From Amphiscolops sp. MND2022 (taxonomy: Eukaryota): a stretch of DNA of 64,000 nt. The notes under the pieces are model-generated. The model was not told where the DNA came from. It saw only the letters and a program-made list of their open reading frames with translations, and searched no databases. This document shows positions 50,612 through 62,499 of this stretch, piece by piece. A program made the position numbers and the translations under genes. The stretch is from positions 35,094,001 to 35,158,000 of the forward strand of contig OZ076409.1 of the NCBI GenBank assembly GCA_964187785.1, read 5' to 3'. The stretch's first letter is position 1. Each line of letters opens with the position of its first letter.

Positions 50612-51457
50612 AACAAGACGGGAACGTCCCAAGTCGGCGCTATACCTAAGGCTCAAACAGCGCAAACTTTTTGAAATATGCTAACAACAACGCTTCGAAA
50701 CACCCAACGGTAACTTTAATGCTCGGAAAACACTTCAGAAGGTCGGATATAGCGTGTTGAGACAAATGCGAGCACTTTTTTTGATCCTACGGCTCCTCCT
50801 CAGTAAAACGCAAATTACTTCGGCTATAAAATCCAAAGTTCGGATATAGCGTGCTGGGACAAATGGGAACGCTTGTTTTCAAACCTCCACCTCCAACATT
50901 CACATAATATTGAAAAACATGATCGGTGGATATTCATTGAGAGAACCTAATATCAGACAAAAAATGAGAACTGTGAACAGTGTCGTAAAGCCGACAGAAA
51001 GGATAAAGGGGGACAAATGAGGATGTTTACCATCCTACCTGTTGCAAAATGTCAAAAAAATTGAAGGGGGATCTTTTGAAGACACTGAAAAGTTTCGAAA
51101 AAAAAACAAAAAACGAGATTTTTGAACCTTGTCACAGGGCCAAAAAACATAAAAGGGAGACCCTTCAGGATTTTTTAAACATCCACTCTGTTGCAAAATA
51201 TCAAAAAAATGAAGGGGAACCCTTTAGTGAAATAAAAAAAATCGAAAAAAAGTCTCATAGTGGCGAAAGCAATCGAAGTTAAAAGTACCAAGATAGCGAA
51301 AGGGGGATCTTTAATGTGTTTACGGGGTTCTGGACGTGTTTTGTTTTGAACGCAGTTGAAGTTGAACAAATGAACAAAAAAATGGACCTTACGTGTCTAG
51401 AAAAATTACACATTGTGAGAGTTGGGCTCTTTTCTTGAAAAGCGTTGCTAATTAAAA
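50612..51457 (-). mobile_element. HINE/DINE-1-like copy (longer, more diverged)
   Basis: AACAAGACGGGAACGTCCCAAGTCGGCGC terminus. The opposite end is degenerate (gaaaagcgttgctaattaaaa). Confidence 0.7.
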
Positions 51458-53280
51458 TTAGTGCCCAATGTTGCTGAACTACAACATTTAGTTTTTCAGG
51501 AGTTCATCAGTTTTTTGTAGATGTAATGAAACAATACTTTCTTTTTGGATCATTTTGATCATTATCACCTAATTGAATAACTTTAATCCTGGGTAAATTC
51601 ACTGCTCAATATCTGAGACGTCATGAAGAAAAATTTACTCCCGAGAGTTTTTTGAACTGTATCAGTTTCAAATCTTGAACTCTCGCCTCTAAAGCGCACC
51701 AAAATAACTGTGTCTTGTCTTTTTCCAGTAGTTAAAGTTCAACACTGAGCAGCTGGATTAATTCTGCCCCGAAATAATCTAATGAAAACATAATTTTAAA
51801 GCTTGAAAGTAGCCTATGAAAAAGCAAAGAAGTTTGAAACACTAAAAAATTGACACCTGATTCATCTTGAAATTTCCTTTCATTTTAAAGGAAAACATTC
51901 AAGTTAGGAGCATGGTAGATACCACATGTTTTGTTGCTGAACTCTGTGGACACCGATACCAACCTAAAATTTCAAAAAAGCTATCAAGATGCCGAAAAAA
52001 GACGGAAGTTCCGAATAAAGAAAAAAAATCAACTTTCTCCCCAATGAGGCAAGGTCCGGGATTGGCCCTTGCTTGATTTTCGAATGCGGTACCCCAAAGC
52101 AAGCTGCAGTAACATATTTGCAACCACCGCAAGGTCAACTGCTGGTGGGTTTGAAGCTATGACTTCGAAGTGATTCGGTCTAGTTCACAAAGTCATGACA
52201 GCCCGTGGTTTGTTTTTCTAACTTTGTTTTCTCTTCCAAGTGTTTTTTCGAGACCATTCCACAGAGCTAGGGATTAGGAGGTTCTTCGAAACTCAACAAT
52301 ACTGAGTTCAAAGAGATTTGAACATGAATTCGCACCATTACATGCCAAATGCTTCAACAACTACGCCATGTTTCGCAGAAACAAAAACTTTTAAAAGCTT
52401 TTTCATGAAGTTTGACATAAAAACTGTGATTTCTCAAAACCAAAACCATGCTTAGTAGTTTAATATTTTGCTCTAGAACTATTTGAATCTTCACACCTCC
52501 GGAAACATCCCAAAGATGTTCAGAAATTGGGAAAAAACGTCAAACATTTTTTCATGACATTATCGGATCTTCCATGCATTTTTATCAGAAAATCATAACA
52601 ATTTTGCTACCAAATGATGCTGAATAGCCATCTAATGCTTTCTGTTGAACACTTTACTACTCTCAAAATTTTTGTCGTTGTGTATCTTATTCAAGGCATT
52701 ACTTCAAAAGAAAAACTTAGTTTTACCTGAACATCCAGAACACAATGTTTTTATCAGCCAGAATAAAGCTTTTGATGCATTCTAACGAATTTCTCTCTAA
52801 AATTTCTCTGGAATTTCTCTCAAAAATACGTATATTTCTTCCAACGAAAGCAGTCTAAACTTTCACAAAATAGCACAAAACGCCAAAGCAAAACACACTG
52901 GGCCAATTCCTTTTTTAAGATTTTGCATTTTTGTAAACATTCTGTTGCATTAAAGTATCATAAAGCAAAAAGTATACGGAAAAGATAACTGTTTTGTATT
53001 GGAACCCTTTGATTTTTCGTATCCACTGAATCATGTTCATTTTAGACGATCCGACACTTGAAAATTTGGAGAGCTCGGTCAAAGCGTATCTCTGTGGCCG
53101 TTTACTGGGGGTTGAATAGTCTAGTCGAAAAACCTAACGTTTTTCGAAAGATTTGATTTTTTTTCATTTTAACAATTCCATTTACCTGTAAAAACTACAT
53201 TTAAAAAGATCGTTTGTTTTTCATATGCAATTCGTGGTACGTTTTTAAGTAGGTGGATAAAGAGACGCAATGATGTCTTG

Positions 53281-56075
53281 ATGAGACAATAGAGACGTTC
53301 CAATAGTAGGGAAATATAATTCTAGCATCGATGGCGTCATTCATGCATTGAGTTCAATCTAACACTTGATTGTTTTGACCAATCAGAGCGCTCCATTCAA
53401 AGTTGTCAGAGCATTATTACCACATGAGCTTGTTTGGACATTAATTTCACTGCGTATAGTCGCTGTTTCATCAATCTGTAAAGAAACTATACATGTAAGA
53501 GACACTCTGTCAAAATTAACAGTTTCAAAGATTCAATGCTGAAAAACTTCTTTTTTCGAAGTTACCCTTCCCTACAAAAATGTCAGAACGAAGCTTCGAC
53601 GAGTTGTCGAACCTCACAGAAGTTGCTGGGCTTTGTAATTCTTCAATTGCCAACGATGCGCTTCGTCGAGTTACCACTCAGATGCTAGAAGAAGCAGAAA
53701 TCGAAAATTCAGAAATGGTCGGCGAACAAGTCCCAAACAATGATAAGCCATCAATTGAGAATGAACGATCCACATCTACACCAGTTGTGCCCAACAAAAC
53801 AAAATCAAGCCACGGGAAATTTCTATAGATGCAAAAATTGGCTCTGAAAGGAAAACGCCAGAAGCAGGATCGTCCCAAGGCTTGTTTTGTTTGCTCTAGG
53901 AATTATACCATTTAGAGACAGCATCTGACGAAGACACACCAGCTTTCGAAAAAACACCACAATTTCTTGCTATCGTTCCACAGAACGCAGCTTTGCACAT
54001 CTACGGTGTATCAGTGTAACACGTGTTGTGTACGTTTTACTGGAAGAAAAACACAAAAAGTCCTGCACAAATCCTCAAATTATTCGCGTGCGAGCGGATT
54101 CTAAGGACGAATATCCAATTGACATCAAAGATGATGTACCCACAACATCTGGAAACATCTCCCAAGTTCATCGCTTACTCGCAGATTACGATGAAAACCG
54201 AATTGATGCAGGAGACCAACCTCTGACTCGCTTCCAAAAAACGTCATAATCAAAGTTGTGGATGTGACGAAACTTTATAGGAAGCCAATGCACCTGAACA
54301 TTGTGTGCAACCAGGTTAAATCCGAGAAAAATCACACCTTCTAAACCTTGCGCAAATTCCTCTCCGAGACGTCTAGGCTGATCAGGTATTTGCAAGTGTT
54401 ACAAGCAGAAAGAGTATCGTTTCAACCCCGGCTTGATCACTCGAGAGTTGAGGACCCTATTACAAAACACAGCCTAAAAATCTGCAAAATTCAACAGCAT
54501 GACGATACAGAGGTTGGACAAATTATCCAATCTGTTTCAAGTTGCCTATCTCAAGCAAATGGTCAAGGAACTTCTGGAAAATCACCCACAGCAAGTTTTC
54601 ACTTATGTCTGCTGGTCTATCTGGTGCACTTGGAATCGAAAAGCCGCAAAGGACCTTTGTTGCAACTTTCTAAGGTAGAATTTGATGAAATGAAAAATAA
54701 GAAAGTCCTCACAACGTTGGAGCACAAAACTGGGTCCAATTTCCCCAATTTCGTTCGAATTACTGAAGAAAACCGCAAGTGGATCGAAGACCTTCACGAA
54801 AAATTTGTGGAAGAAAAAGATAGTGTTGCCCCAAAGTTTGCGTTTCCTTCTCCAAGTACCCAAAAAATTCACACGTCAGGCAAAGTGCCTCAAGAAGACC
54901 ATAAAACGGTTTTTCGCCACTGATGACAAGCTTTACAACCCAGACAACATTCGCAAAGCCTGGGACAGTTACCGAACCAAAACAAACTTTGTGGATGGCA
55001 CTGATGCGATCCTGAATACCGGTCTTTCTGAAGCCACACGAAACAAATACTACCTGAAACCGGCCACAGATGAAGAAATCACAAAATTTCTCGACAAACA
55101 ACTGAACTTGATTGAGGACCCCGTGAACTGTTATGTTGCGGACGATGACCGCCCAAAGCCCATGCCAGTTGTTGAGGATCATCGGAAGGAGGTGCAGGAA
55201 CAAGTAGATGATGGAGAATATGAAGATGAAGAACGAAGCAACGAAGACGTTCATGGACATTCATGACAGAGACGCCGTGACTCCAGACGCAGCTGAAGAG
55301 AACAAAACGGAGGATTCGGACAAAGAAATTAGCGCATCCGACACCCTATCCCTCGCGAATGACGACTCGTTTCCAGATATTGACGATTACGAGACACGGA
55401 ATAAGGCCAAGAAGAAGAATCCACCAAAAGAAGAACCAGTTGACGCATCTGCCGAGAAAGCCAAAGGATGATCCGAGATTAGAGTCAAACTTTTGAAATT
55501 AAAAGCGCTGAGGATCCATTGCGGAAACAGCTTATTACCCTGTTTCATCAAGTTTGCGACCGCATGCGCTACATTACACGTGGGGAGCTCAAACAATTGG
55601 CCCAAGCCCAGGGTGCCAGTGAGAGGGAAGCCAACATTTTGGCTGAGAAAGCCGTCAAAAAAGTGTGTAACGTAATGACGAGTTTGGGATACTAAAACTG
55701 GCTACAATTGCTTTTAATTGTTTTTACATTACTTTTTTGAGTTGTTCTTAGCTATACGTACCTTACTTTGACTTGTTATTTTGTGTTTTATGGTCATTTC
55801 AGCCGTTGAATGAAAAAGTTGTAATTTTCGTTGGAACGTTTTTATTGTCCTAAAAAGTCTAAGCGTCTTGTATCAGCATATCGAAACCTGCATAACGTAT
55901 CTATAGTCACCTACAATGGTGGTTCAAAAATTAGGAAAAAGTTTCAAACGTCTTTTGTTTTGATAAACTAAAACATTCCCGGTGAGAAAACAACGAAAAA
56001 CAGATTCTTTAAAATTCATCAATGGGGTATCCTGTAGGAACCTGGAAACTGGACTGAGCGTCTCTATTGTCACAT
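53281..56075 (+). mobile_element. Inverted-repeat-bounded element carrying a tyrosine recombinase (Crypton-like)
   Basis: 20-bp terminal IR ATGAGACAATAGAGACGTTC (53281-53300) vs GAGCGTCTCTATTGTCACAT (56056-56075), 18/20. No TSD seen. Encloses one decayed gene. Confidence 0.65.
53580..55680 (+). pseudogene. Decayed C2H2 zinc finger + tyrosine recombinase gene
   Basis: Stitched frames give CFVC-x9-H-x4-H, a second CxxC (CNTC), core-binding-like TLRKFLSETSRLIRYL, box I LESKSRKGPLLQL, HKTG, YNPDNIRKAW, ILNTGLSEATRNKYY (expected GHS; CAT>CTT) and an acidic tail. Confidence 0.7.
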
Positions 56076-57294
56076 TTCACAAGTATGCAATTAAGTTTTT
56101 TCTGTACTTTACCTGAATCATTTCGAGCAGAACAGTTTTCAAAATTGAATTACCGGTGCATCCGACACGTCCGTAGAAACATTGGAAACAAACGAGATTC
56201 TTTTTCTGTGAATTCTAGATTTTGCTAGAGCGTGTCTGATATAATCCGAATGGGGGGTCAAAACGTATAGTATCGACACTGAAAAGAGTCAGAGCGTATC
56301 CGATAAACGTCATCATTCAGAACTTGTAACAAGTGCGCCGAAATGTACCGAAAATGAGGAATTCTACGTTTTAAGAAGATATTTCTTGGTTTGTTTCGGA
56401 ATTGCTTCGATGCTGGAATTGACGGGTATTCTAATCTACGAAAAGTTACTAAGACTGTCAGATTTCAGCAGTACATTGTCGACAAATGGCTTTTGTGTTT
56501 TTTCAGGAAGCTTCTATAACAATAAACGTTTTAATTTGAAAAACCTACTGAACAGCTTTTTGTTTCAATATCAAAGTTGCCCAAAAACCTGTACAAAACC
56601 ATATCGCACAAAACTAAGCTCATGGTAGTTGTGTTCTGTGAGCAAAACTCTGCAATTAGAATATGAATTAGGAACATGGAAAATTTCCAGGAAAATGAAA
56701 AATTGCGGCTCAGTTAGTACTTTTGTCACTACCGTTTAGAAATATGGGCGGAAACACCTTGCTTTGAAAGATCAAACCGGGAACAGAATAAAGAAGGCAT
56801 ATTACTCTCGATAGATAAGGAACCGTTTGTGAGAAAAACTTCGAACAGGTCACAGTGCCAAAAATTATCAATGAGGCAGAAACGAGAACCCCTTGTGGAA
56901 AAAATTGCATAGTGTTGAAAAACTCAAAGAAGGACACTGTGGTGTGTCACAAGGCATTGAATTGAAATGAAATTATGAAAATTTGAAAAAAAAAGTTTCT
57001 GCAAATTTTTGACCATTTAAAGTTTAAGCGTATTGCAGAGCATTAGAGCCGGTAGATAATTTGTCTTATAATTCTTACAGCGCTTACTAAAAGGAAATCG
57101 TTCAATGAAGTTTCTTTTACTCTTGGAACACTAGCAGAAAGTGAAAAAATAAGCGCGTAAAGTTTTCCAATTGAAGCGTAAACTGATTGCTCATTGTTGT
57201 TGCCAGATTTTTCCTATCTTCTGCTATCATTTATACTGCTTATACATCATTGCTGAACCACTATGTTTCTTATGCACTCATTGATATTGCATAT

Positions 57295-58240
57295 GATAAT
57301 GCACTCATTGAAGAATGGAAGTTCCCGAATCACATGACGTCAGCTTTTGTAATCCCTTTTCATGAGAAAGGTGACTGCGAAAATCCCATTAAATACAGGC
57401 CTGTCTCTATCACTCCCGCATTAGCGAAATTGTTAGAAAACGTTCTACATGAACAAAAATCCGAGTATCTCTCTGATTTTTAAAAAAATTATATCTGAAT
57501 TGAACGCTGATAAAACCAAATTTATCACTTTAATTTACCACAGAACAAACAAAAACAACAAATACCAAAATACAAACTTGATTGTTAAAGATGAAATCAT
57601 TTGTTCAAATAGCACTATCGAATATTTGGGTGCCTACCTGCATCAAAATCTATCAATTAAAGAAAAAGTTAACCATATATTCCGAAAAATGGCATGCGGA
57701 ATCAAAACTCTCGATTCCGTCAGAGACTATTTTCCTGAAAAAGTCGGTCACTGCTATGAAATGCCCTCGTAATCAGTCATCTCCACTACCCGGCAATTTT
57801 GTTGAATGGTTCAACTGAAAATCATAACACGACCCTAGTGAAACAACTGAATTGGGGAATAAAATTCTGTTCCAATCGAACAAAGTACGATGGATCATCA
57901 GATCTTAAGATCAAACATAACATCCTACCGATCCGATACTTCCTTAAAAACAAAACAACATCATGCATCTGGAAATGGAAAAACAACCTAATCCCGGCAT
58001 TCCGAGACCCACCTCTGGACACTGGCAAAATACGAAAAGAATCCCGAACTGAGACTTTTTACTTCAATATCTTTTGTAGATCTAATTTTCTGAGAAACAG
58101 TTTTTTCAAGAAAACTGTGCCCCCGTGGAACACCCTGCCAAAAAATATACCCAAAAGAGTGTGTTTTTGCTACTGCCAAAATCAAAATCACCAACTTCTA
58201 TCTCACAAAAATGAACACCGAAATCAACTTTCCTGAATCA
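57295..58240 (+). mobile_element. Internally deleted non-LTR retrotransposon (CR1/L2-like) RT remnant
   Basis: FPNHMTSAFVIPFHEKGDCENPIKYRPVSITPALAKLLE (RT N-terminal motif) is joined directly to LNADKTKFI and IEYLGAYLHQNLS (RT C-terminal/thumb). The catalytic core is missing and there are frameshifts. Confidence 0.85.
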
Positions 58241-60002
58241 ACAAAGTTACCATAATTTTTACTCCGTTTTAATAGATGAACTTCTAAAAGGTATAATACA
58301 GTGTTTTTTTCGCATCACTTTGGTCAGTCTATTTTGAGGGAAATGTTATTCAGAAATTGGGCAGGGACGTACTTACTTACTTGGCGAACTGATCACGTTT
58401 CGTCAAAGCAATCAAATTTTTTTCTTCATTTCGAAGTGCTATAATTTTCTTCAATTTTCTATTCCATAAAATTTTGAGTTCCTTTCAATGCTTCAACTTA
58501 AATTGATTGCAAGAGAACTCATATTGTATCATAGGTATTAAAAGGAAATCGTTCTAGTGTAGTGAATGCGCGGTTTTTCGGTACATTCATTCAAGTTAAT
58601 TAAGTTTTCATTTGTTGAGTTTTCCCAGTTGAATTTTATTGTTTTCTTGCAGAACAAAGAATATTAAAAGCGGGAAATGTCAGGACAAAATAGTTTCTTT
58701 TTCATATTGTAAAACAAAAGTAACAATTTTGGTTGCATATCAAAAAGTTCTGAAATTTCTATTTTTTTTAAAAAATTCAAATTGAAGGCGTTGGTTCAAG
58801 ATATCACCCATTATTATGCGTTATCTAACTCAAAATTATATCCATGTTTTTGTTCTTCCCAACTTTACAGCATCTTTTCAACCTTTTTTATCAGTGCTTT
58901 ATAAAGCTAAAGATTTTGATCGGTTTGTCATTGTTGGCTTGAGGTTGTATGGATGTTTGTAAATGTCAATCATCTATGTTTGAAAAATTTGTGCTCTTGT
59001 TAAGTTCATCAAATAACATCATGGTATTGTGACATCAACATAAACCTGAGTAGAAGGTCAATTCCACATTAAAAATTGAGAGCTACTTTAAAGTAGATTA
59101 CCAATGTTAGCCTTGAAGCCTTGCCACTGTGTTATACGTTTTTTAGAAGTTATATGTAGTTCTCATTTCTATCAACACACAATCTATACAAAAAATAATA
59201 TCATTCTCGTCAAAAAAGTTGCATAACTAACTCGTACTTCATCATCACTGAATTCATAAAAGCATCGAAAATACAACTTCAAACAGTTGTTGTGGGTAGA
59301 CTAAACTTTTTATTCTAAACTGTAAAAAAAATTTTTCATATTCGAATACTTGATAAAACTACAGTGTCAACGAAATGTCTTTATCGTTCCCTCTTCGGTG
59401 ACACAAATTCTTATTTCGTAAACTGACAGCATCATACTGGGTCTACTTCGTTTTTTCCTAGGGACGGGACTTGATTGAATGGACAGTCTGCTCAGTTGGT
59501 GTTGTTTCAATTTGCTGCTCTCTCCCACGTATGTGTTTAATCTGAAGCAGTGTGTCTCTGTTCAAATTGATTGAAAATATGAATCAATGTCTCGCTATTT
59601 ACAAACTGAATTCGAAACTACTTGTGAATTCGCCTCAAACGTTGAGCAGATATATCTCTCTTGCTAGTCTAAGTGTCGACTTCAGTTTGGCACTTATTTA
59701 GAAATATTTATGCGAGTTACCGAATGAAGTGTAAAAGTTTTATACGCTTGCAAAGAAAACAACCGCTGTGGGTGTTTAAGCGTGAAACGAGATCGCATTT
59801 GATATGTAGATAACTAAATCAAAACATTTTGCCCAAACTTGCAGATAACAATTTCAAAGGAGTTCCAAGTCGCCATTTACCGTTTTTGAAGTTATAATGC
59901 CAACTAGCCTAACGATTTATTATTTGTCAGGAACGTTTATAGTTGCCTAAACACGCGAACGAAAGACGCTCGAGCGGCAACACTGAATATTGAGCTTATA
60001 AG

Positions 60003-60437
60003 CTGGGGTGTGGAACCGTACGGGTTGAATTGAAATTACGGTTTACGGGTTATCGTCTACGGTTTACGGTTTCAGGGTACGGTTTGAAAAACACTTTTGC
60101 TTCAGAAGTATTTAAATTTCTTCATCAAAAAATTTTGCTATGGTGGTATCAAAGCACTCATGTTTCTTGCCCCAAAATAGCATTTGAGGGAACGCCTTCT
60201 GCAAATTATAGCGTAAAAAATATTTTGAACGAATTCGACTTTTAAAGACGTTCTTATTTGAGAATGAACAATTGAATTCGCTCCAAACTTTTCATAGAAA
60301 CACTGCTGTTAAATGTATAAAACAATTCGCTCGCATTTCTCAAAAGTGTACGGTTCGCTTTTTTCACAACTACGGTTTACGGGTTACGGTTTGGCGCTAC
60401 GGGTTTCGGTCCACGGTCTAAAAATCCCACACCCCAG
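60003..60437. mobile_element. hAT-type MITE (435 bp)
   Basis: 11-bp TIR CTGGGGTGTGG / CCACACCCCAG, 8-bp TSD CTTATAAG (59995-60002, 60438-60445), subterminal TACGG(T/G)TT repeats. Confidence 0.88.
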
Positions 60438-62499
60438 CTTATAAGGAATTCCTACTGATGTTGCAAAGTTTTCTTCACCGCCGTGTTTCTCTTCAATTTC
60501 TTGATCCTAATAACCATGCAAACGTCAAAACAACGCATGAATTCAATTTCAGGTTTTTAGTCACCAACAAAACTAAATGCACACTAGATGAAGTATGTTT
60601 TTTGATACTTCGAAGTGTCACTTTTTAGGATGACTTCGTTTGAAAACTATCAAATTAGTGTAAAATTGTTTTGGAAAATTTATCTTTTCTACTACCTATT
60701 CGCACAAATAGCAAATTTTTTGACTGGACATCGTTTGTTCATCGAAAGTTAAGGATGTCAGCCATCTTTGATTCAATTGCAATTCAATTGAAAAAAATCA
60801 GGATTAGCCAACGATCGAATCACCGCCTAACAGTTTAGAACAAGTAAAACTAGCCGATTGTTGTACCGAACCTGATAATAGAAAGCATTTTTCTAAGAGT
60901 CCAGAAAAAAGTTTTCTATGAGTTTTATAGCGCCAATGAACATCTTAAGTGAGTCTTCTCAAAAGTCAAAACGACCCAGACCCAAACGACCCTCTAGGAC
61001 AATGATAACTTTAATCAAGCGTGAGTTGACATAAGGACTCAAACATAAACAAGTGTCAGAGTATGAGTCAGAAAAGTATTTTATAGGTGTTTGTTTCAAC
61101 AGAAAAAATGAAAATTGGCGTTGAACAACGACAATGTTCAAGAACAACGACACCTTACAACTAGGAGCGGTCTAGTAGAATACAAACTTCAACCGATATC
61201 GCTTAGAATCGTGTTCCTGAAAACCTTATTTTCTCCTATTAATTTGTCCAGTTTCCACATTTAGTCCCGCCACATGTTTGATGACTTTGATGAAGGGTAC
61301 GAGGAAAATCAACACAATGCAAAATACAGAAAAATCAACACTTGAAAATTCATACGGAAAATTTAACGCACTTTCACACTTCATAGATGATTAGGTTCAC
61401 ACGTGGGAAATTACATGGTATGCCTCATACCATGGTTGGACAGAATTGGAATTCTTTGAAAGAATGATTGAAATAAGATTTTTTAAATTTTAAAAACTTT
61501 CTTGAATTTGAACTTTTTGATTTTTTTTAAAAAAGATCAATTTCAAAGAATCAATAAACTTTTGACGTCCAAATCAATTTACTAGTTCAGTACGCGGAAA
61601 CAAAATGCAGGTTTTCCACATTCCTCAATTCCCAGATTGTTTTCTTTGTTTTTTATGTAGGGTCCCAGTCTTTACATCGTGTGTTGTAGTCCTACAAATT
61701 ATTACACGAACAAATTTGAGACTTGCATCAATTGATTTTAAAATACTGGTAAATGGTGTTGCTCTAATACCAGGAACGAATTATACCTGAATCAAGTAAG
61801 CATTTCATTCCGTGGAAAAATATCAATCAATATTTTTGATTTTCATTCTTTAATTCAAATGCGATTCAAATCATGATGATATGATTCAGCCAATTCGGCA
61901 TCATAGATTTGAATCAACTTGATATGAATCAACCAATTCTGCATCACTCCGTAATAGGAAAGGTTTGAACATTTTACCAGCAGTAATTTCTGGAGTTTTC
62001 AAGCATTGCAGATTAAAGCTATCCAAAATCTTCGGTTTTGTTCAAATAGAGAGTTTTTTCCAAAAAAGTTTTTTCCAAAAACGAGAAACACACATTTCAT
62101 TGAAAATTTCAGTATTTTCGTATGCCATAACGACTGTTTCTCTCACTTTTAAATTTTTTTTGGTAATTCATTGAACTTAACGTTGGTGAATTGTGAAATG
62201 TCGAGAGATCACTGAGATTTTCAATGCAAACGTGTTGAATTTTTTGTGTTAAGCCTTCATGCGTTGAGTTTTCACGTGTTGTGTAACGTCTTTCCAATAT
62301 GCAGAAATGCTCGAAAGTTGAAATGTTGCCGTTAATGATGACCGTGGCAGTCCAAACACCTGTCCCGACAATTCCAACGGACAAAACAACACGAAATACC
62401 GTGGCTGACGCGACTAACAAAGACAAACAAGCCAGAAAGCAAATCGCACAAGATTCATTAGCGAAGTTATAATTACGATGAAACGGAGAACTGATTGAA

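Larger units (their letters stand above)
51460..56700 (-). pseudogene. LRR ectodomain remnant (TLR-like copy E), interrupted by the tyrosine-recombinase element
   Basis: LFSRFFKLKRLLL and NSSIEAIPKQT (~56388-56556), SNALNKIHND (~52674-52703), LRRCT-like WLQICYCSLLW...PCLIGEKV (~52032-52126). Confidence 0.45.
56950..62460 (-). pseudogene. Toll-like receptor-type pseudogene, copy F (interrupted by LINE remnant and hAT MITE)
   Basis: Hydrophobic N-terminus (~62340-62460), FFLLKQTPIKYFSDS (~61065-61110), IFDAFMNS, CT-like LC*CHNTM (~59020-59045). Two TIR box2-like sites share the 16-mer TAAAAGGAAATCGTTC (58539-58554, 57088-57103). Confidence 0.45.
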
